Positions 50,171 to 59,911 of a stretch of 64,000 nucleotides of DNA are shown one piece after another (within the stretch, counting starts at the first letter, position 1; each line of letters starts with the position of its first letter). Where the stretch lies: NCBI GenBank assembly GCA_028714635.1, contig JAQTLZ010000004.1:32354-96353 (forward strand), given 5' to 3'. A program made the translations under genes and the position numbers. Source of the DNA: Minisyncoccota bacterium (lineage in GTDB: Bacteria; Patescibacteriota; Minisyncoccia; Phycocordibacterales; JAQTLZ01). Under the pieces are notes generated by a model. It was given only the letters and a program-made list of their open reading frames with translations, searched no databases and had not been told where the DNA came from.

Positions 50171-51385
50171 TTAGGCCATATTTGGGCGGAATCTTGCTAA
50201 GAATTCTTCTTTGAGTTCTTGAAAGTTGCCGTCGATAATCCCCTGTCGAGCTGTTTTTACCAGATTTACAAGAAAATAAATGTTATGAATTGAACCGAGC
50301 GTTCCCGCAAGCATTTCATCAGAGCGGAAAAGGTGCGAAATATAAGCGCGAGAATAATTCTGGCAAGTGTAGCATCCGCAATCTTTTTCGATTGGAGAAA
50401 AATCTTTTGTGAACCGAGCGTTCGTAATCCCCACTCTTCCGTCTTTTGTATAAATAGAACCATTGCGCGCGAGACGAGTCGGAAGCACGCAATCAAAAAG
50501 ATCTACGCCATTTTCAACTCCTTCCCACAAGTCAGTTGGTTCACCGATTCCTAAAAGGTGTCTCGGCTTCTCTTCTGGTAAAATTTCATTCACCCATTTC
50601 ACCGCAGTTCCCATATCTTCTTTGTTAAATGAACCTCCAATTCCAAATCCGTCAAAATCCATTCCACTGATTTGTTTTGCGGAAATTTTTCGCAAATCTT
50701 CGTATCTGCCCCCCTGAACTATTCCGAACAAAGCCTGCTTTTCGGAATGCGGTTGTGATTTGTGGTAATCGAGAGAGCGTTTTGCCCAGCGATGAGTCCT
50801 GTCCATTGCCTCTTTTTGATATTGAAGCGGAGCACTCGGAGATGTACATTCGTCAAAAGCAAAGATCATATCGGCGCCGATGTTGTGCTGAATTTCGATA
50901 GAGCGTTCTGGCGTAAAACGATGCATGCTTCCGTCGCGGTGCGATTTGAACGTTACCCCTTCTTCGTCGATGACTGCGAGTTGTGGTGAGATTTTATTCT
51001 CTTCTTGTTCATTCGTATCATCGTGAAGGTCTTCTGTTTTGGCGAATTTCGTAATACCTTTTTTATACGCAACGCCAAGTGAAAAAACCTGAAATCCTCC
51101 CGAGTCTGTCATGGTGGGTCCGTGCCAGTTCATGAATTTGTGAAGTCCGCCGGCGTCTTTCACCAGTTTGTCTCCGGGTTGAAGATAGAGGTGATAGGTA
51201 TTGGCGAGTACAACTTCTGTCCCGCAAGCCCTCACTTGTTCCACGTTTACTGATTTTATGGTTGCATTTGTCCCCACCACTACATATGCGGGCGTTTCAA
51301 TTTTCCCATGAGGCGTTTCCAAAATACCGGCTCGCCCCAGCTTTCCTTTGAGTTTCTTTTCAATTTTGAATTTTATGGCTCGCAT
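50171..51385 (-). CDS. tgt: tRNA-guanine transglycosylase
   Basis: LANTYHL, TDSGGFQVFSL, FDEC, FGIVQGG, RHLLGIG, DLFDCV, Zn site CGCYTC...H. Confidence 0.96.
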   Translation of the reverse strand: MRAIKFKIEKKLKGKLGRAGILETPHGKIETPAYVVVGTNATIKSVNVEQVRACGTEVVLANTYHLYLQPGDKLVKDAGGLHKFMNWHGPTMTDSGGFQVFSLGVAYKKGITKFAKTEDLHDDTNEQEENKISPQLAVIDEEGVTFKSHRDGSMHRFTPERSIEIQHNIGADMIFAFDECTSPSAPLQYQKEAMDRTHRWAKRSLDYHKSQPHSEKQALFGIVQGGRYEDLRKISAKQISGMDFDGFGIGGSFNKEDMGTAVKWVNEILPEEKPRHLLGIGEPTDLWEGVENGVDLFDCVLPTRLARNGSIYTKDGRVGITNARFTKDFSPIEKDCGCYTCQNYSRAYISHLFRSDEMLAGTLGSIHNIYFLVNLVKTARQGIIDGNFQELKEEFLARFRPNMA

Positions 51386-51454
51386 AGTTTTTTGGTGGGG
51401 GGACATAAAAGGCCGTATTGATACGGCCTTTTCCTTATACAATAGAAAAATATT

Positions 51455-51616
51455 CTATTGTGGTAACTGTGCCGTATCGATTGCCGCCGGTGAAATTTCC
51501 GGCATGGCTGAATTTCCCTGGATGCTTTTAAGCACCTGAGGGAATATCATAAAAACTCCCACGATGACAAGAGCAACCACCACTCCAATCCACTCCTTTT
51601 TGCTTAATTTTTTCAT
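51455..51616 (-). CDS. Small single-TM protein (53 aa)
   Basis: Below the ORF track cutoff. MKKLSKKEWIGVVVALVIVGVFMIFPQ...LPQ*; hairpin aaaggccgtat-tg-atacggccttt downstream. Confidence 0.55.
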   Translation of the reverse strand: MKKLSKKEWIGVVVALVIVGVFMIFPQVLKSIQGNSAMPEISPAAIDTAQLPQ

Positions 51617-51704
51617 GCGATAAAATGAAAAAGGATATTAATATAGTGTAATCATATACTCACAGACTATTTTACGCAATGCATGTTATAGTACCTTCCT
51701 ATGA

Positions 51705-51787
51705 ATCCCGTTAGAAGCAACCAATATTTACAAACCATGCATAAACTTAACATTTACCAGATAATCGAAGCTAGCTTCTAACGGGAT
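51705..51787 (+). mobile_element. 83-bp MITE-like element, copy 3, inserted at the pseudouridine synthase start codon; carries uORF 51701-51781
   Basis: Same TIRs; ATGA repeated at both ends; uORF MNPVRSNQYLQTMHKLNIYQIIEASF*; TG-TATAGT -10 box 8 nt before the uORF ATG. Confidence 0.85.
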
Positions 51788-52523
51788 GAAGAAATCACTG
51801 CCAAAAGAGCCTGAAATCGCCTATCCAATGCGGATTAATCGCTACTTGGCGCTCCAAGGACACTCAACTCGCCGTGGCGCCGATACTTTAGTTGAACAGA
51901 AAAAGGTGACCATAAATGGCAAAATTGCCGTACTTGGGGATAAGGTGAATAAGGATGATAAGGTGGAAATACAAAATGCGGGCAGAGAGAAAAACAATTA
52001 CGTTTATCTCGCATACAACAAGGCTCCGGGGATTACGACCACAATGCCCCAGCCTGGCGAAAAAGCGATCGTTGATCTTGTAAAATTTCGCACCAAAGTG
52101 TTTCCTGTGGGCCGGCTTGATAAAGAATCTCGTGGGCTCATTATTCTCACAAATGACGGAAGAATTATTGAAAGGCTTTTGAGTCCCGATAAAGATCACG
52201 AAAAAGAATATCAAGTGGTGGTGAATAAGCCGATCACAGAACAATTTATTCAAAGGCTCGAAAAAGGCATCGCTCTTGAAGATTTCACGACTAAGCCTGC
52301 CGTCGTAGAAGAGTTAGACGAAAAAACTCTCACTATTACGATTACCGAAGGGAAACGACATCAAATCCGAAGAATGTGTACCGCATGCGGGTACGAAGTG
52401 AGAGACCTTCAGCGCATTCGTATCATGAATATTCGACTTTCGAATATAAAAGAGGGGCAATACCGGGAACTTAGCGGTAAAGAACTGACTTTGTTTCTCG
52501 AAAGTATTGGATTAAAAAAGTAA
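51786..52523 (+). CDS. rRNA pseudouridine synthase (RsuA/RluB/RluF family, S4 domain)
   Basis: MRINRYLA..G.STRR, catalytic VGRLDK, EKEY, EGKRHQIRRM. Confidence 0.93.
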   Translation: MKKSLPKEPEIAYPMRINRYLALQGHSTRRGADTLVEQKKVTINGKIAVLGDKVNKDDKVEIQNAGREKNNYVYLAYNKAPGITTTMPQPGEKAIVDLVKFRTKVFPVGRLDKESRGLIILTNDGRIIERLLSPDKDHEKEYQVVVNKPITEQFIQRLEKGIALEDFTTKPAVVEELDEKTLTITITEGKRHQIRRMCTACGYEVRDLQRIRIMNIRLSNIKEGQYRELSGKELTLFLESIGLKK

Positions 52524-52544
52524 TTCTTGATAAAATAAAATCCA

Positions 52545-53240
52545 ATGGCAACCGATAACAACACCGAGGCTCTTGTTTCTTTCATAGACAAGATCAAACA
52601 TCACGCACATGTCACAGCGAAAGACCGTGTGTCTGAAATTGATAACGAATTCTTGAGGGGCTTCGAATTCGTTGCTCAATATCCGAAAACTGTCACTATC
52701 TATGGAGGAACGAAGATTCAAGAAGGAACTGTCTATTACGAAAAGGCTCGGATTTTGGGAAAAAGAATTGTTGAAGAAACCAACTGCGCGGTTGTCACAG
52801 GTGGAGGCCCCGGGATTATGGAAGCGGCCAACAGGGGCGCAAAGGATGCAAATGGAGATTCGATAGGCATCACTATCCGGCTCCCCCACGAACAGGCAAC
52901 AAATCAATACGTTACCGATAGTGTTGATTTTTATTATTTTTTTGTCCGACGATTTATTCTCTCCTTCACGGCTAAATGCTGTATCTTTTTTCCTGGGGGC
53001 TTCGGTACGCTCGATGAATTTTTTGAGATATTAACGCTTCGACAAACGCATAAAATTTCTCCAGTGCCGATTGTTCTTTTTGGCTCGGAATACTGGCAAC
53101 CCCTTGAGAAACTTTTCCGTGCTACCCTTTTGGAAAAATACGGCACGATCCGAGCCGAAGATTTGCTCATTTATAGCATTACAGATGATGAAGACCAGAT
53201 CATCGAAATAATAAAAAAAGCACACCTAAGAGGACAGTAA
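52545..53240 (+). CDS. LOG family protein (TIGR00730-type)
   Basis: VTGGGPGIMEAANRGA, EQATN, PGGFGTLDE. Confidence 0.93.
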   Translation: MATDNNTEALVSFIDKIKHHAHVTAKDRVSEIDNEFLRGFEFVAQYPKTVTIYGGTKIQEGTVYYEKARILGKRIVEETNCAVVTGGGPGIMEAANRGAKDANGDSIGITIRLPHEQATNQYVTDSVDFYYFFVRRFILSFTAKCCIFFPGGFGTLDEFFEILTLRQTHKISPVPIVLFGSEYWQPLEKLFRATLLEKYGTIRAEDLLIYSITDDEDQIIEIIKKAHLRGQ

Positions 53241-53249
53241 AGTCACTCG

Positions 53250-53560
53250 CCCACACCTTTTGGGAAACAGCTGCCACTGGTTCTCTGATTGCGGAATAGT
53301 CACTTTTCTACTTCGGAAAACGTGAAAACTCGCCCGCCTGTAAGGCGAGGCTCAGACAGTTCAATTTTCCGGAAAAGCTCGTGATTTTTGCCACACAAAA
53401 ATCACGTCAGAAGATTTTTAGCCGAAGGCGCAAAAATTTCTGACGCTTGCGTTGCACATCTCCTTACAGGAGCGGTACACCTTTCGCTTTCTGAGTACAG
53501 AACGCTCAAGGTCTTGCGGTGCTCCGCACCTCGCCCAGTGAGTTTCCCAAAAGGTGTGGG
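53250..53560. repeat. ~310-bp non-coding element with perfect 19-bp terminal inverted repeats and internal hairpins (MITE or structured RNA)
   Basis: cccacaccttttgggaaac (53250-68) / gtttcccaaaaggtgtggg (53542-60); internal stems such as cgtgatttttg-ccaca-caaaaatcacg. Confidence 0.65.
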
Positions 53561-53584
53561 GCTCGCTTGGGTGGTAAGGAATTC

Positions 53585-53968
53585 CTAGAAAGAAAGCGGC
53601 CAAGGAGTCGGAAACGAGAGAAGCATAAGTACTGCTCCGAGAAGAGCAATGTTTCTTAAGAAGTTGCTAACCTGTATTCTTCTCTGAAGGGGGTCAGTTT
53701 CCTTCCAAAATTGATGCATGATGAAAGTTACAGGAATAAGAAAGACGATAAGACAGACAAGCGACCAGACTGGAGAAATACCGAGAATAACTCCGGCTCC
53801 TCCCAAAAGGATGAGTATGCCCGTAGCATACACGGCAATTTTAGGGCTTGGCACATGACGATTTGATGCACGAGCGACTAAAACAGCTGATTGTGTAAAA
53901 TGGCCGATTCCTTTGTAAAGAAAGTAGCCTCCAAACAACACTCGTCCCAAAAGAAATAGTAAATCCAT
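53585..53968 (-). CDS. DoxX family membrane protein
   Basis: LLGRVLFGGYFL..GI.HF, HQFWK, FLRNIALLG. Confidence 0.88.
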   Translation of the reverse strand: MDLLFLLGRVLFGGYFLYKGIGHFTQSAVLVARASNRHVPSPKIAVYATGILILLGGAGVILGISPVWSLVCLIVFLIPVTFIMHQFWKETDPLQRRIQVSNFLRNIALLGAVLMLLSFPTPWPLSF

Positions 53969-54028
53969 ACGCTCTAATAGTTAAGAAAGCCTTATAATAA
54001 GCTGTATCCTTCTATTTTAGTCCTCAAG

Positions 54029-54673
54029 TTAGCGCAAAGCAAGCAGTAAGTATTGGAACAAATATGCACCTAATATCGGTAAAAGAAGGTTATCGAGGCC
54101 GTTTATCGAGAAAAGTTCGACAAAAGTTAGGAAAAAGGCAATGAAAAGCCCGGCAATAATCGCTAAAAATGAAGTTGGAGCAAGAAAAGCGATGATAAGG
54201 ATGACGGTTGTGACAAAAAAGGCACCGCTTCCCTCGATACTTTTTTGATGTCCCCAGATTTTTAATTTATGAGAGCCAAACTCTATTCCAACAATGCTCG
54301 CCAATGCGTCAGAAAACCCAAGGACTAAAACTCCAAATTGAGCCGAAAGTACGTGATTTGGAAGAAAGAAATAAGCCAAAAGTCCAAGAGAAAGCGGGAA
54401 ATAAATTTCGCCCCACGTTTTGCGGGATACTCCATGGATACTTCCAAATAATCCGAGTGTTTTCGTGACAAAAACAATTCCAATAAATAAAACCGACAGA
54501 ACAATAAGTTCCCGGCGGGTAAGAAGATACGGCAGAAAAAAGGCAAAGACACCCGAAAACATATGGGCGATCTTCCGTGTTATATCCGCTGAAAAATGAA
54601 AATGCTTCTTGCAAGCTTCTGAAACAAGAAGTATAAGAAGAAATCCGAGCGATGCGAGAATTATGTGCAGCAT
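54029..54673 (-). CDS. Phytol/dolichol kinase-like CTP-dependent membrane kinase
   Basis: TRKIAH, GEIYFP, GFSDALASIVG, KSIEGS, GLDNL. Confidence 0.85.
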   Translation of the reverse strand: MLHIILASLGFLLILLVSEACKKHFHFSADITRKIAHMFSGVFAFFLPYLLTRRELIVLSVLFIGIVFVTKTLGLFGSIHGVSRKTWGEIYFPLSLGLLAYFFLPNHVLSAQFGVLVLGFSDALASIVGIEFGSHKLKIWGHQKSIEGSGAFFVTTVILIIAFLAPTSFLAIIAGLFIAFFLTFVELFSINGLDNLLLPILGAYLFQYLLLALR

Positions 54674-54674
54674 A

Positions 54675-55553
54675 TCAGCCAGTCACAGTAAGCGAGAGCG
54701 ATATTACTCCGAGAACTGCGAGAATGACGCCGAGCACTTGATGCCGATTAAGCGTTTCTTTATTCACAGAGACGCCGAGTAGCACTGCCATCACAATGTA
54801 GCTTTCGGCTATTGAGGTCGCGATACTGATTGGAATAAGGGTCATTGCAAACGCGTAGGCAAGCCAGGCGATGTTGTCAAAAAGGCTTTCTTCAAGAATG
54901 ACTTTCGAGTGCCTTCTCATGTCGTTTGGCAAGCTTCTCCATTCCCCTTTTGCAAAAAGGTATACGAAGGTTGCAATGGTTAAGAAAAAATTGATGAACC
55001 AGATTGTCATAAGCGGAGAAATAAGCTGGCTCCCTACTCCAGTCAGGAAATTGGTAAGAGCCATCGCCAAAGTTCCAAGAATTGCGATGAAGACTCCTTT
55101 CTCCCAAATAATCCGATTATAACGAAAAGAACCTCGGACCATAACTGAAAGGATTATTCCGATGAAGATAGCGCCGATCAGAAGACTTTGGGTGAGACTT
55201 AAAATATCGTGCCCAGAGATAACGGCCAGGAAGACAGTAAAAGGAATTCCGAGACCGAACACAGGCTCGACAACGGCGATCTTCCCTCGTTTCAGGGCCT
55301 CAAAATCGAGTAAAGCAGCGAGAAAGACAGATGCTCCGAGAATGACAAGAAGGATGAGGCTTTGCGGGCTTAGAAAAATCTTTTGCACCTCAACCCAGAC
55401 AAAAGGCAACTCCAAGACCATTCCGAAAAAACTTATGAAAAAAAGGGATTTCCAAATACCCACTATTCGGGTTGATTTCTGGATATAAAAATCGCCAACG
55501 CTCCAGAGAAGAAGTGTTGAGACTGACAAAAGAACTCCGAGGGAATTCTGCAT
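54675..55553 (-). CDS. DMT/EamA family transporter
   Basis: About 10 TM helices in two repeats; ALKRGKIAVVEP; KETL motif near the end. Confidence 0.8.
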   Translation of the reverse strand: MQNSLGVLLSVSTLLLWSVGDFYIQKSTRIVGIWKSLFFISFFGMVLELPFVWVEVQKIFLSPQSLILLVILGASVFLAALLDFEALKRGKIAVVEPVFGLGIPFTVFLAVISGHDILSLTQSLLIGAIFIGIILSVMVRGSFRYNRIIWEKGVFIAILGTLAMALTNFLTGVGSQLISPLMTIWFINFFLTIATFVYLFAKGEWRSLPNDMRRHSKVILEESLFDNIAWLAYAFAMTLIPISIATSIAESYIVMAVLLGVSVNKETLNRHQVLGVILAVLGVISLSLTVTG

Positions 55554-55561
55554 GGATCTAT

Positions 55562-55605
55562 TATACCCAGGCACTAACTTTTTGGAAAGTTAGTGCCTGG
55601 GTATA
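55562..55605. repeat. Perfect 20-bp inverted repeat overlapping the putative -10 box of the EamA gene
   Basis: tatacccaggcactaacttt-ttgg-aaagttagtgcctgggtata. Confidence 0.7.
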
Positions 55606-55624
55606 CCCGTGTAAAAAAGGAGAG

Positions 55625-56914
55625 TTACTTTTTCACCAGAGGAAATACAAGCCGTAAGTCAGCTTTCATTTTTCGAAGAGAAAGCTTGTAGCCAGAAAAT
55701 GCTTTCAGTATCGAATCTCTTCGTGTTTTCACGAGAGCGTCGAAGGTGGGAGCTGTTTTAGAGAGAGAAGTTTGATTTGTTTTAAGGCTGGCTTCTGCGG
55801 CATTCAGAGCTTTTATAAGATTTGATTGGGTCGTGTCTTTTGAAATGGAACTTGCGCAATCGGTCTGCGCCTTCTGAAATGCGCCCTGTACAGACGTTCC
55901 GAAGTTTTGGAGTGCGGTTAAGCTCGCGGTTTTCTTCGCGTCAGTCAAACTTGCTACCGCATCTCCAAAAACTTTAACAGCCCCATCTACGGCAACAAGG
56001 CGTGCTGCGCGAGCTTTTTCTACGGCCTGTTGGAAGTCAGAAATTGCTTGTTTTTGTTCGGTTGTTGAGGCGGCATCTGAAAATGAAAGCACTTGGGATG
56101 CGAAGGACGCTTCGGCAGCATCTCTCTTGTCTTTTAATTCTTGAGTTGTGCTCGCCAGTTTTTGCTCCTGTTTTTCCTGTTCAAGATTATATGCGGTTTC
56201 GAACTTTACCTGTTTCCCGCTAATTTGTGCATTCGCATCAGCGCTTGCGGCTGAAATTCGCTCACAAACTCCCTTATCTGTCTCATTCGCATCTATAATT
56301 GTGCCCGTATCCAAGAGAGCCGACGCAGAAACTGGAGTCATTGCCTCTACTGTTGCTGTCACACTGCTCAATTCATCCTCTGTTTCTTTATCCAAGTCAT
56401 TGAAGATCTCATCGATAGTTACGGGATTTTCCATTGCGGATTTTGTGAGAAAAGCTTGCGTGGCTTCGGAAGAAGGAAGAATGGTGTTTGTAGTTGGGGT
56501 ACTTCCGGGTTTAAGAATAAGAAAAAGAAAGAGGACAACGGCCACCGCACCAACAGGCAGAAAGATTTTTTTATTCAAGAAGGTGTCTTTTAATTTAGAA
56601 ATGTCGAAAATAGGACGCTCTTTTATTTTTTTCTTCAAACCCTCGTCAGAAATCGGAGGAACCTCTGTGGCGGCAGCAATTTTCTCTGCGTGAGGTACGT
56701 GAGCCAAAATGGTGCGAAGGAGAAGTGGCGAGGGAGAAATACTTTTGCCCTCGTTTTCTACCCAAGCCAAACATTCAAGGATCTCTTCCAGTTCCTCTTT
56801 ATTACCGTTTGGAACAAGCCGAGAGATGATCTCTTGGTTCACTTTGCCCGCCTCGTGCATTTCGAGGGCTTTCGCTATTAGATTTTCGTCAATTTCTTTT
56901 TTAGGAGCTGCCAT
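55625..56914 (-). CDS. Single-pass membrane protein, candidate anti-sigma factor, with an Ala-rich coiled-coil extracellular part
   Basis: Starts 4 nt after the ECF sigma stop; cytoplasmic N-terminus, one TM helix, helical C-terminus. Confidence 0.5.
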   Translation of the reverse strand: MAAPKKEIDENLIAKALEMHEAGKVNQEIISRLVPNGNKEELEEILECLAWVENEGKSISPSPLLLRTILAHVPHAEKIAAATEVPPISDEGLKKKIKERPIFDISKLKDTFLNKKIFLPVGAVAVVLFLFLILKPGSTPTTNTILPSSEATQAFLTKSAMENPVTIDEIFNDLDKETEDELSSVTATVEAMTPVSASALLDTGTIIDANETDKGVCERISAASADANAQISGKQVKFETAYNLEQEKQEQKLASTTQELKDKRDAAEASFASQVLSFSDAASTTEQKQAISDFQQAVEKARAARLVAVDGAVKVFGDAVASLTDAKKTASLTALQNFGTSVQGAFQKAQTDCASSISKDTTQSNLIKALNAAEASLKTNQTSLSKTAPTFDALVKTRRDSILKAFSGYKLSLRKMKADLRLVFPLVKK

Positions 56915-56918
56915 AGAA

Positions 56919-57500
56919 TTATTTTTTTTCTTCACCACTGCCGGAAAGCTCAAGAAGGATCACTCGCAGTGATTTGAGCCCCCTCGACTGAAGTTGTCGG
57001 ACTGATTCTTCCGTTCTTTCCATATGTTTCGCGATCTCTTTATTCGGAATTTCGTTTAAAAATCTCATTGAAATAGCTTCCCGCTCATCTTGCTTTAACA
57101 TATTCACCGCCTTGTACAAAAGAGCTTTTGTTTCTTGTTTTTCGTACGATTGCTCCGGATTATCAGCGGTATCTGGAACTACCAGCATAAGGTCTTCCTT
57201 TCCGAACGAAATCTTATTTCTATCTTTTCGCCAATGGTCAATGATGGTATTTCTCGCGACTGTAAAGAAATACGAAAGCGGAGATGCTCCTTTAGATTGA
57301 AACTGGCCGAGCGAACTATATACTTTTATAAAAACATCTTGGGTAAGCATCTCAACGAGCTTCTTGTCTTTTACCCGAAGATAGACATATCGATAGACTG
57401 GCGTAAAGAAAAGGCGGTACACTTCTTCAAAAGCATGCTTATCGCCTTTTTTCGCCTCCTCTAACAGCGTTCGGGTATTTTCATCATCGGTGCGTCTCAT
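56919..57500 (-). CDS. ECF RNA polymerase sigma factor
   Basis: AKKGDKHAFEEVY, TQDVFIK, FTVARNTIIDHWRK, region 4 KEIA...SVRQLQSRGL. Confidence 0.93.
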   Translation of the reverse strand: MRRTDDENTRTLLEEAKKGDKHAFEEVYRLFFTPVYRYVYLRVKDKKLVEMLTQDVFIKVYSSLGQFQSKGASPLSYFFTVARNTIIDHWRKDRNKISFGKEDLMLVVPDTADNPEQSYEKQETKALLYKAVNMLKQDEREAISMRFLNEIPNKEIAKHMERTEESVRQLQSRGLKSLRVILLELSGSGEEKK

Positions 57501-57542
57501 AGAATAACGTTAAAAATTTTAGTACGTGACAATTTCTTGTGT

Positions 57543-58235
57543 TTATATCTCGTATACGACATCCTTCCTTTCCACGACAACTCTCCATTTTGAGCGTTTT
57601 GCCTGCTTCCAAAGCATCGAATTTGGGTTAAAACATATTGGTTTAGCCACCATTTCCAAAAACGGAATATCGCTTTCAGTGTCTCCAACTCCGACAGAAT
57701 TTTCGAGGGTCAGATTTTCTTTAAGTACCGCCCTGCGCACAATATTGGCCTTATTGCTTATGAGATGTTCGTCCGTTACCGCACCAGTCAATTTGTCCGA
57801 AGGCCCAGTCTCATAAATCCTGCCATACACTTTATCAAATCCGAGCGGAATACAAAACTTATCGAGAATTGTTTTCGGAGACTGTGAGATGGCGAGAAGG
57901 TAGTAACCTTTCTTTTTCAAATCTTTGATGAGGTCTCGGGTAAAGCGATAATTTTTGTCTTTGTGCCGGGCGATTACTTCTGTGCAAGCATCGTCAAATT
58001 CTTTATAAGAAACGCCTTTAATATTTGCGACAAAAACTTTTATGATAGCCTGAATGTAGGCTTCATAATCCCCTTTTCTCTCAAGCCAATGTAAACGCTC
58101 TCGTTCGTAATCTACCCGCACAGACTCCTGAAAAAGCCCCTTTTCTATCATTATTTCCACCAATTCGATAAGGAGGCTAGAGCGAAATATCGTTCCGTCT
58201 ACATCAAAAATGGCGACTTTTCGGCCGGTGCTCAT
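57543..58235 (-). CDS. HAD-IB family phosphatase
   Basis: FDVDGT, AISQS, K, VGDTESD, FNP. Confidence 0.9.
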   Translation of the reverse strand: MSTGRKVAIFDVDGTIFRSSLLIELVEIMIEKGLFQESVRVDYERERLHWLERKGDYEAYIQAIIKVFVANIKGVSYKEFDDACTEVIARHKDKNYRFTRDLIKDLKKKGYYLLAISQSPKTILDKFCIPLGFDKVYGRIYETGPSDKLTGAVTDEHLISNKANIVRRAVLKENLTLENSVGVGDTESDIPFLEMVAKPICFNPNSMLWKQAKRSKWRVVVERKDVVYEI

Positions 58236-58247
58236 AAACCCATACTA

Positions 58248-59534
58248 TCACAAAAACGAGCCTCTATCTCGCATTGCGGCCGCGATTTTTTCTACCGCCA
58301 CGAAATATGCTGCGTTACGAAGGGTCAACTTTTTCTCTTTTGAAAGGCGCCAGACGCTTTCAAAAGCTTTGAGCATGATCGGCTTCAGCTTGTCTCGAAC
58401 CTCTTCTTCAGTCCATCTTTGGCCAGTAATATTTTGTACCCACTCAAAATAGGAAACCGTTACTCCCCCAGCGTTTGCCAAAACATCCGGTACAACAATC
58501 GCCCGCTTTTTCGCCAAGATAAGATCGGCTTCTGGCGTTGTCGGATCATTTGCGAGTTCGAGAATGATTTTCGCTTTGACGTTTTTAGCATTTTTCGCAT
58601 CGATCGCATTGTCGAGAGCAGCAGGAATCAGAATATCACAGGGGCACGTTACGAAATCTTTTTCACTATAGATCTTCGCTTCATCGTGCATAAGTTTATC
58701 CATATCGCACACAGTTCCCTTGCAATAAAATTCAGTGACAGCATTACGCTCTTCTTTCACCGCATTTACTTCTTCCGGATCAAGTCCGCGAGCGCTCCAA
58801 ATTCCTCCTTTACTATCAGAAAGACCCACAATTCTATAGCCAAGTCCGTGTAAAATTGATGCCGCATGATATCCAGCATTTCCAAATCCTTGCACTGCAA
58901 CGCGCAGATCTTTTCTCCTTAAACCAAGTGTATTTACAAGTTCCTCCAAAACGTACACGCCCCCTTGTGCGGTTGCGGTGTCACGCCCCAGACTTCCTCC
59001 AAGAGAAAGCGGTTTGCCCGTGATCATTCCGGGATCGCTGTAACCGACAATCTTTTCATATTCATCAAGCATGTATGACATAATCGCGCCGTTGGTGTAG
59101 ACATCTGGAGCTGGAATATCTTTTCTGCTTCCGACATGCTCTGCCATCGCCCTCATCCACGCGCGGGAAACAGCTTCAATTTCTTTTGAGGAGTATTGCT
59201 TGGGATCAAATTCTACTCCGCCCTTGCCTCCTCCCATCGGAATTCCCACAACCGCACATTTTACTGCCATTCCTAAAGCGAGTGCTTTTACTTCATTCAA
59301 ATTTGCCTTTGGATGAAAACGGATGCCACCTTTATAAGGACCGCGAGCATTATTAAACTGAACTCGGTAGGCTTTGAGGCTCTCGATCTGGCCATTGTCG
59401 CGCTCGATTTCGATATCTTTTTCGATGACATTATTGGGTGTTGAAAGAGTCTTGAATTCCTTGCCAGAAAGACCCAAAAGGGTCGAGGCGCTCTTAAGCC
59501 TTACGAGATAGTTGTTGAACGGTGAATTGGCCAT
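58248..59534 (-). CDS. gdhA: Glu/Leu/Phe/Val dehydrogenase (probably glutamate dehydrogenase)
   Basis: GPYKGGIRF, GGGKGG, DIPAPDV, TGKP, QGFGNAG, NAGGVTVSYFEWVQN. Confidence 0.9.
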   Translation of the reverse strand: MANSPFNNYLVRLKSASTLLGLSGKEFKTLSTPNNVIEKDIEIERDNGQIESLKAYRVQFNNARGPYKGGIRFHPKANLNEVKALALGMAVKCAVVGIPMGGGKGGVEFDPKQYSSKEIEAVSRAWMRAMAEHVGSRKDIPAPDVYTNGAIMSYMLDEYEKIVGYSDPGMITGKPLSLGGSLGRDTATAQGGVYVLEELVNTLGLRRKDLRVAVQGFGNAGYHAASILHGLGYRIVGLSDSKGGIWSARGLDPEEVNAVKEERNAVTEFYCKGTVCDMDKLMHDEAKIYSEKDFVTCPCDILIPAALDNAIDAKNAKNVKAKIILELANDPTTPEADLILAKKRAIVVPDVLANAGGVTVSYFEWVQNITGQRWTEEEVRDKLKPIMLKAFESVWRLSKEKKLTLRNAAYFVAVEKIAAAMRDRGSFL

Positions 59535-59677
59535 AAAATGAAGGATTAATTGATTAATTATAGGCAAACATTATATACCGAAATGGCGGGAATGCGAGTG
59601 GTTACAGCAAAAATTTTGTGTCTTAAAAATAGTCTGGTATAATGAGTACTCTTTTACTAATCTTATCTCACACTTCT

Positions 59678-59911
59678 ATGAAAGACGTAATAATCTACTC
59701 AACTCCAACCTGCCACTTCTGTCATATGGCGAAAGATTTTTTCAACGCAAATGGCGTAAAATTTACCGATAAAAATGCTGCGAGTGATATGACTGCGCGC
59801 AAAGAAGCAGTTGAAAAATCAGGACAAATGGGAGTGCCTGTTATTGATATTGGAGGAAAAATAATCGTCGGCTTTAACGAACCAGAACTCCGAAAGGCTC
59901 TTAGTCTCTAA
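59678..59911 (+). CDS. Glutaredoxin-like protein (YruB/NrdH-redoxin type)
   Basis: IYSTPTCHFC, SGQMGVPVI, IIVGF. Confidence 0.92.
   Translation: MKDVIIYSTPTCHFCHMAKDFFNANGVKFTDKNAASDMTARKEAVEKSGQMGVPVIDIGGKIIVGFNEPELRKALSL

Noticed and set aside
53250-53560. RNase P RNA, tmRNA or SRP RNA identity for the structured element
   Set aside because: It lacks the GAGGAAAGUCC P4 signature, tRNA-like ends and the SRP loop as far as I can see; kept as unclassified.
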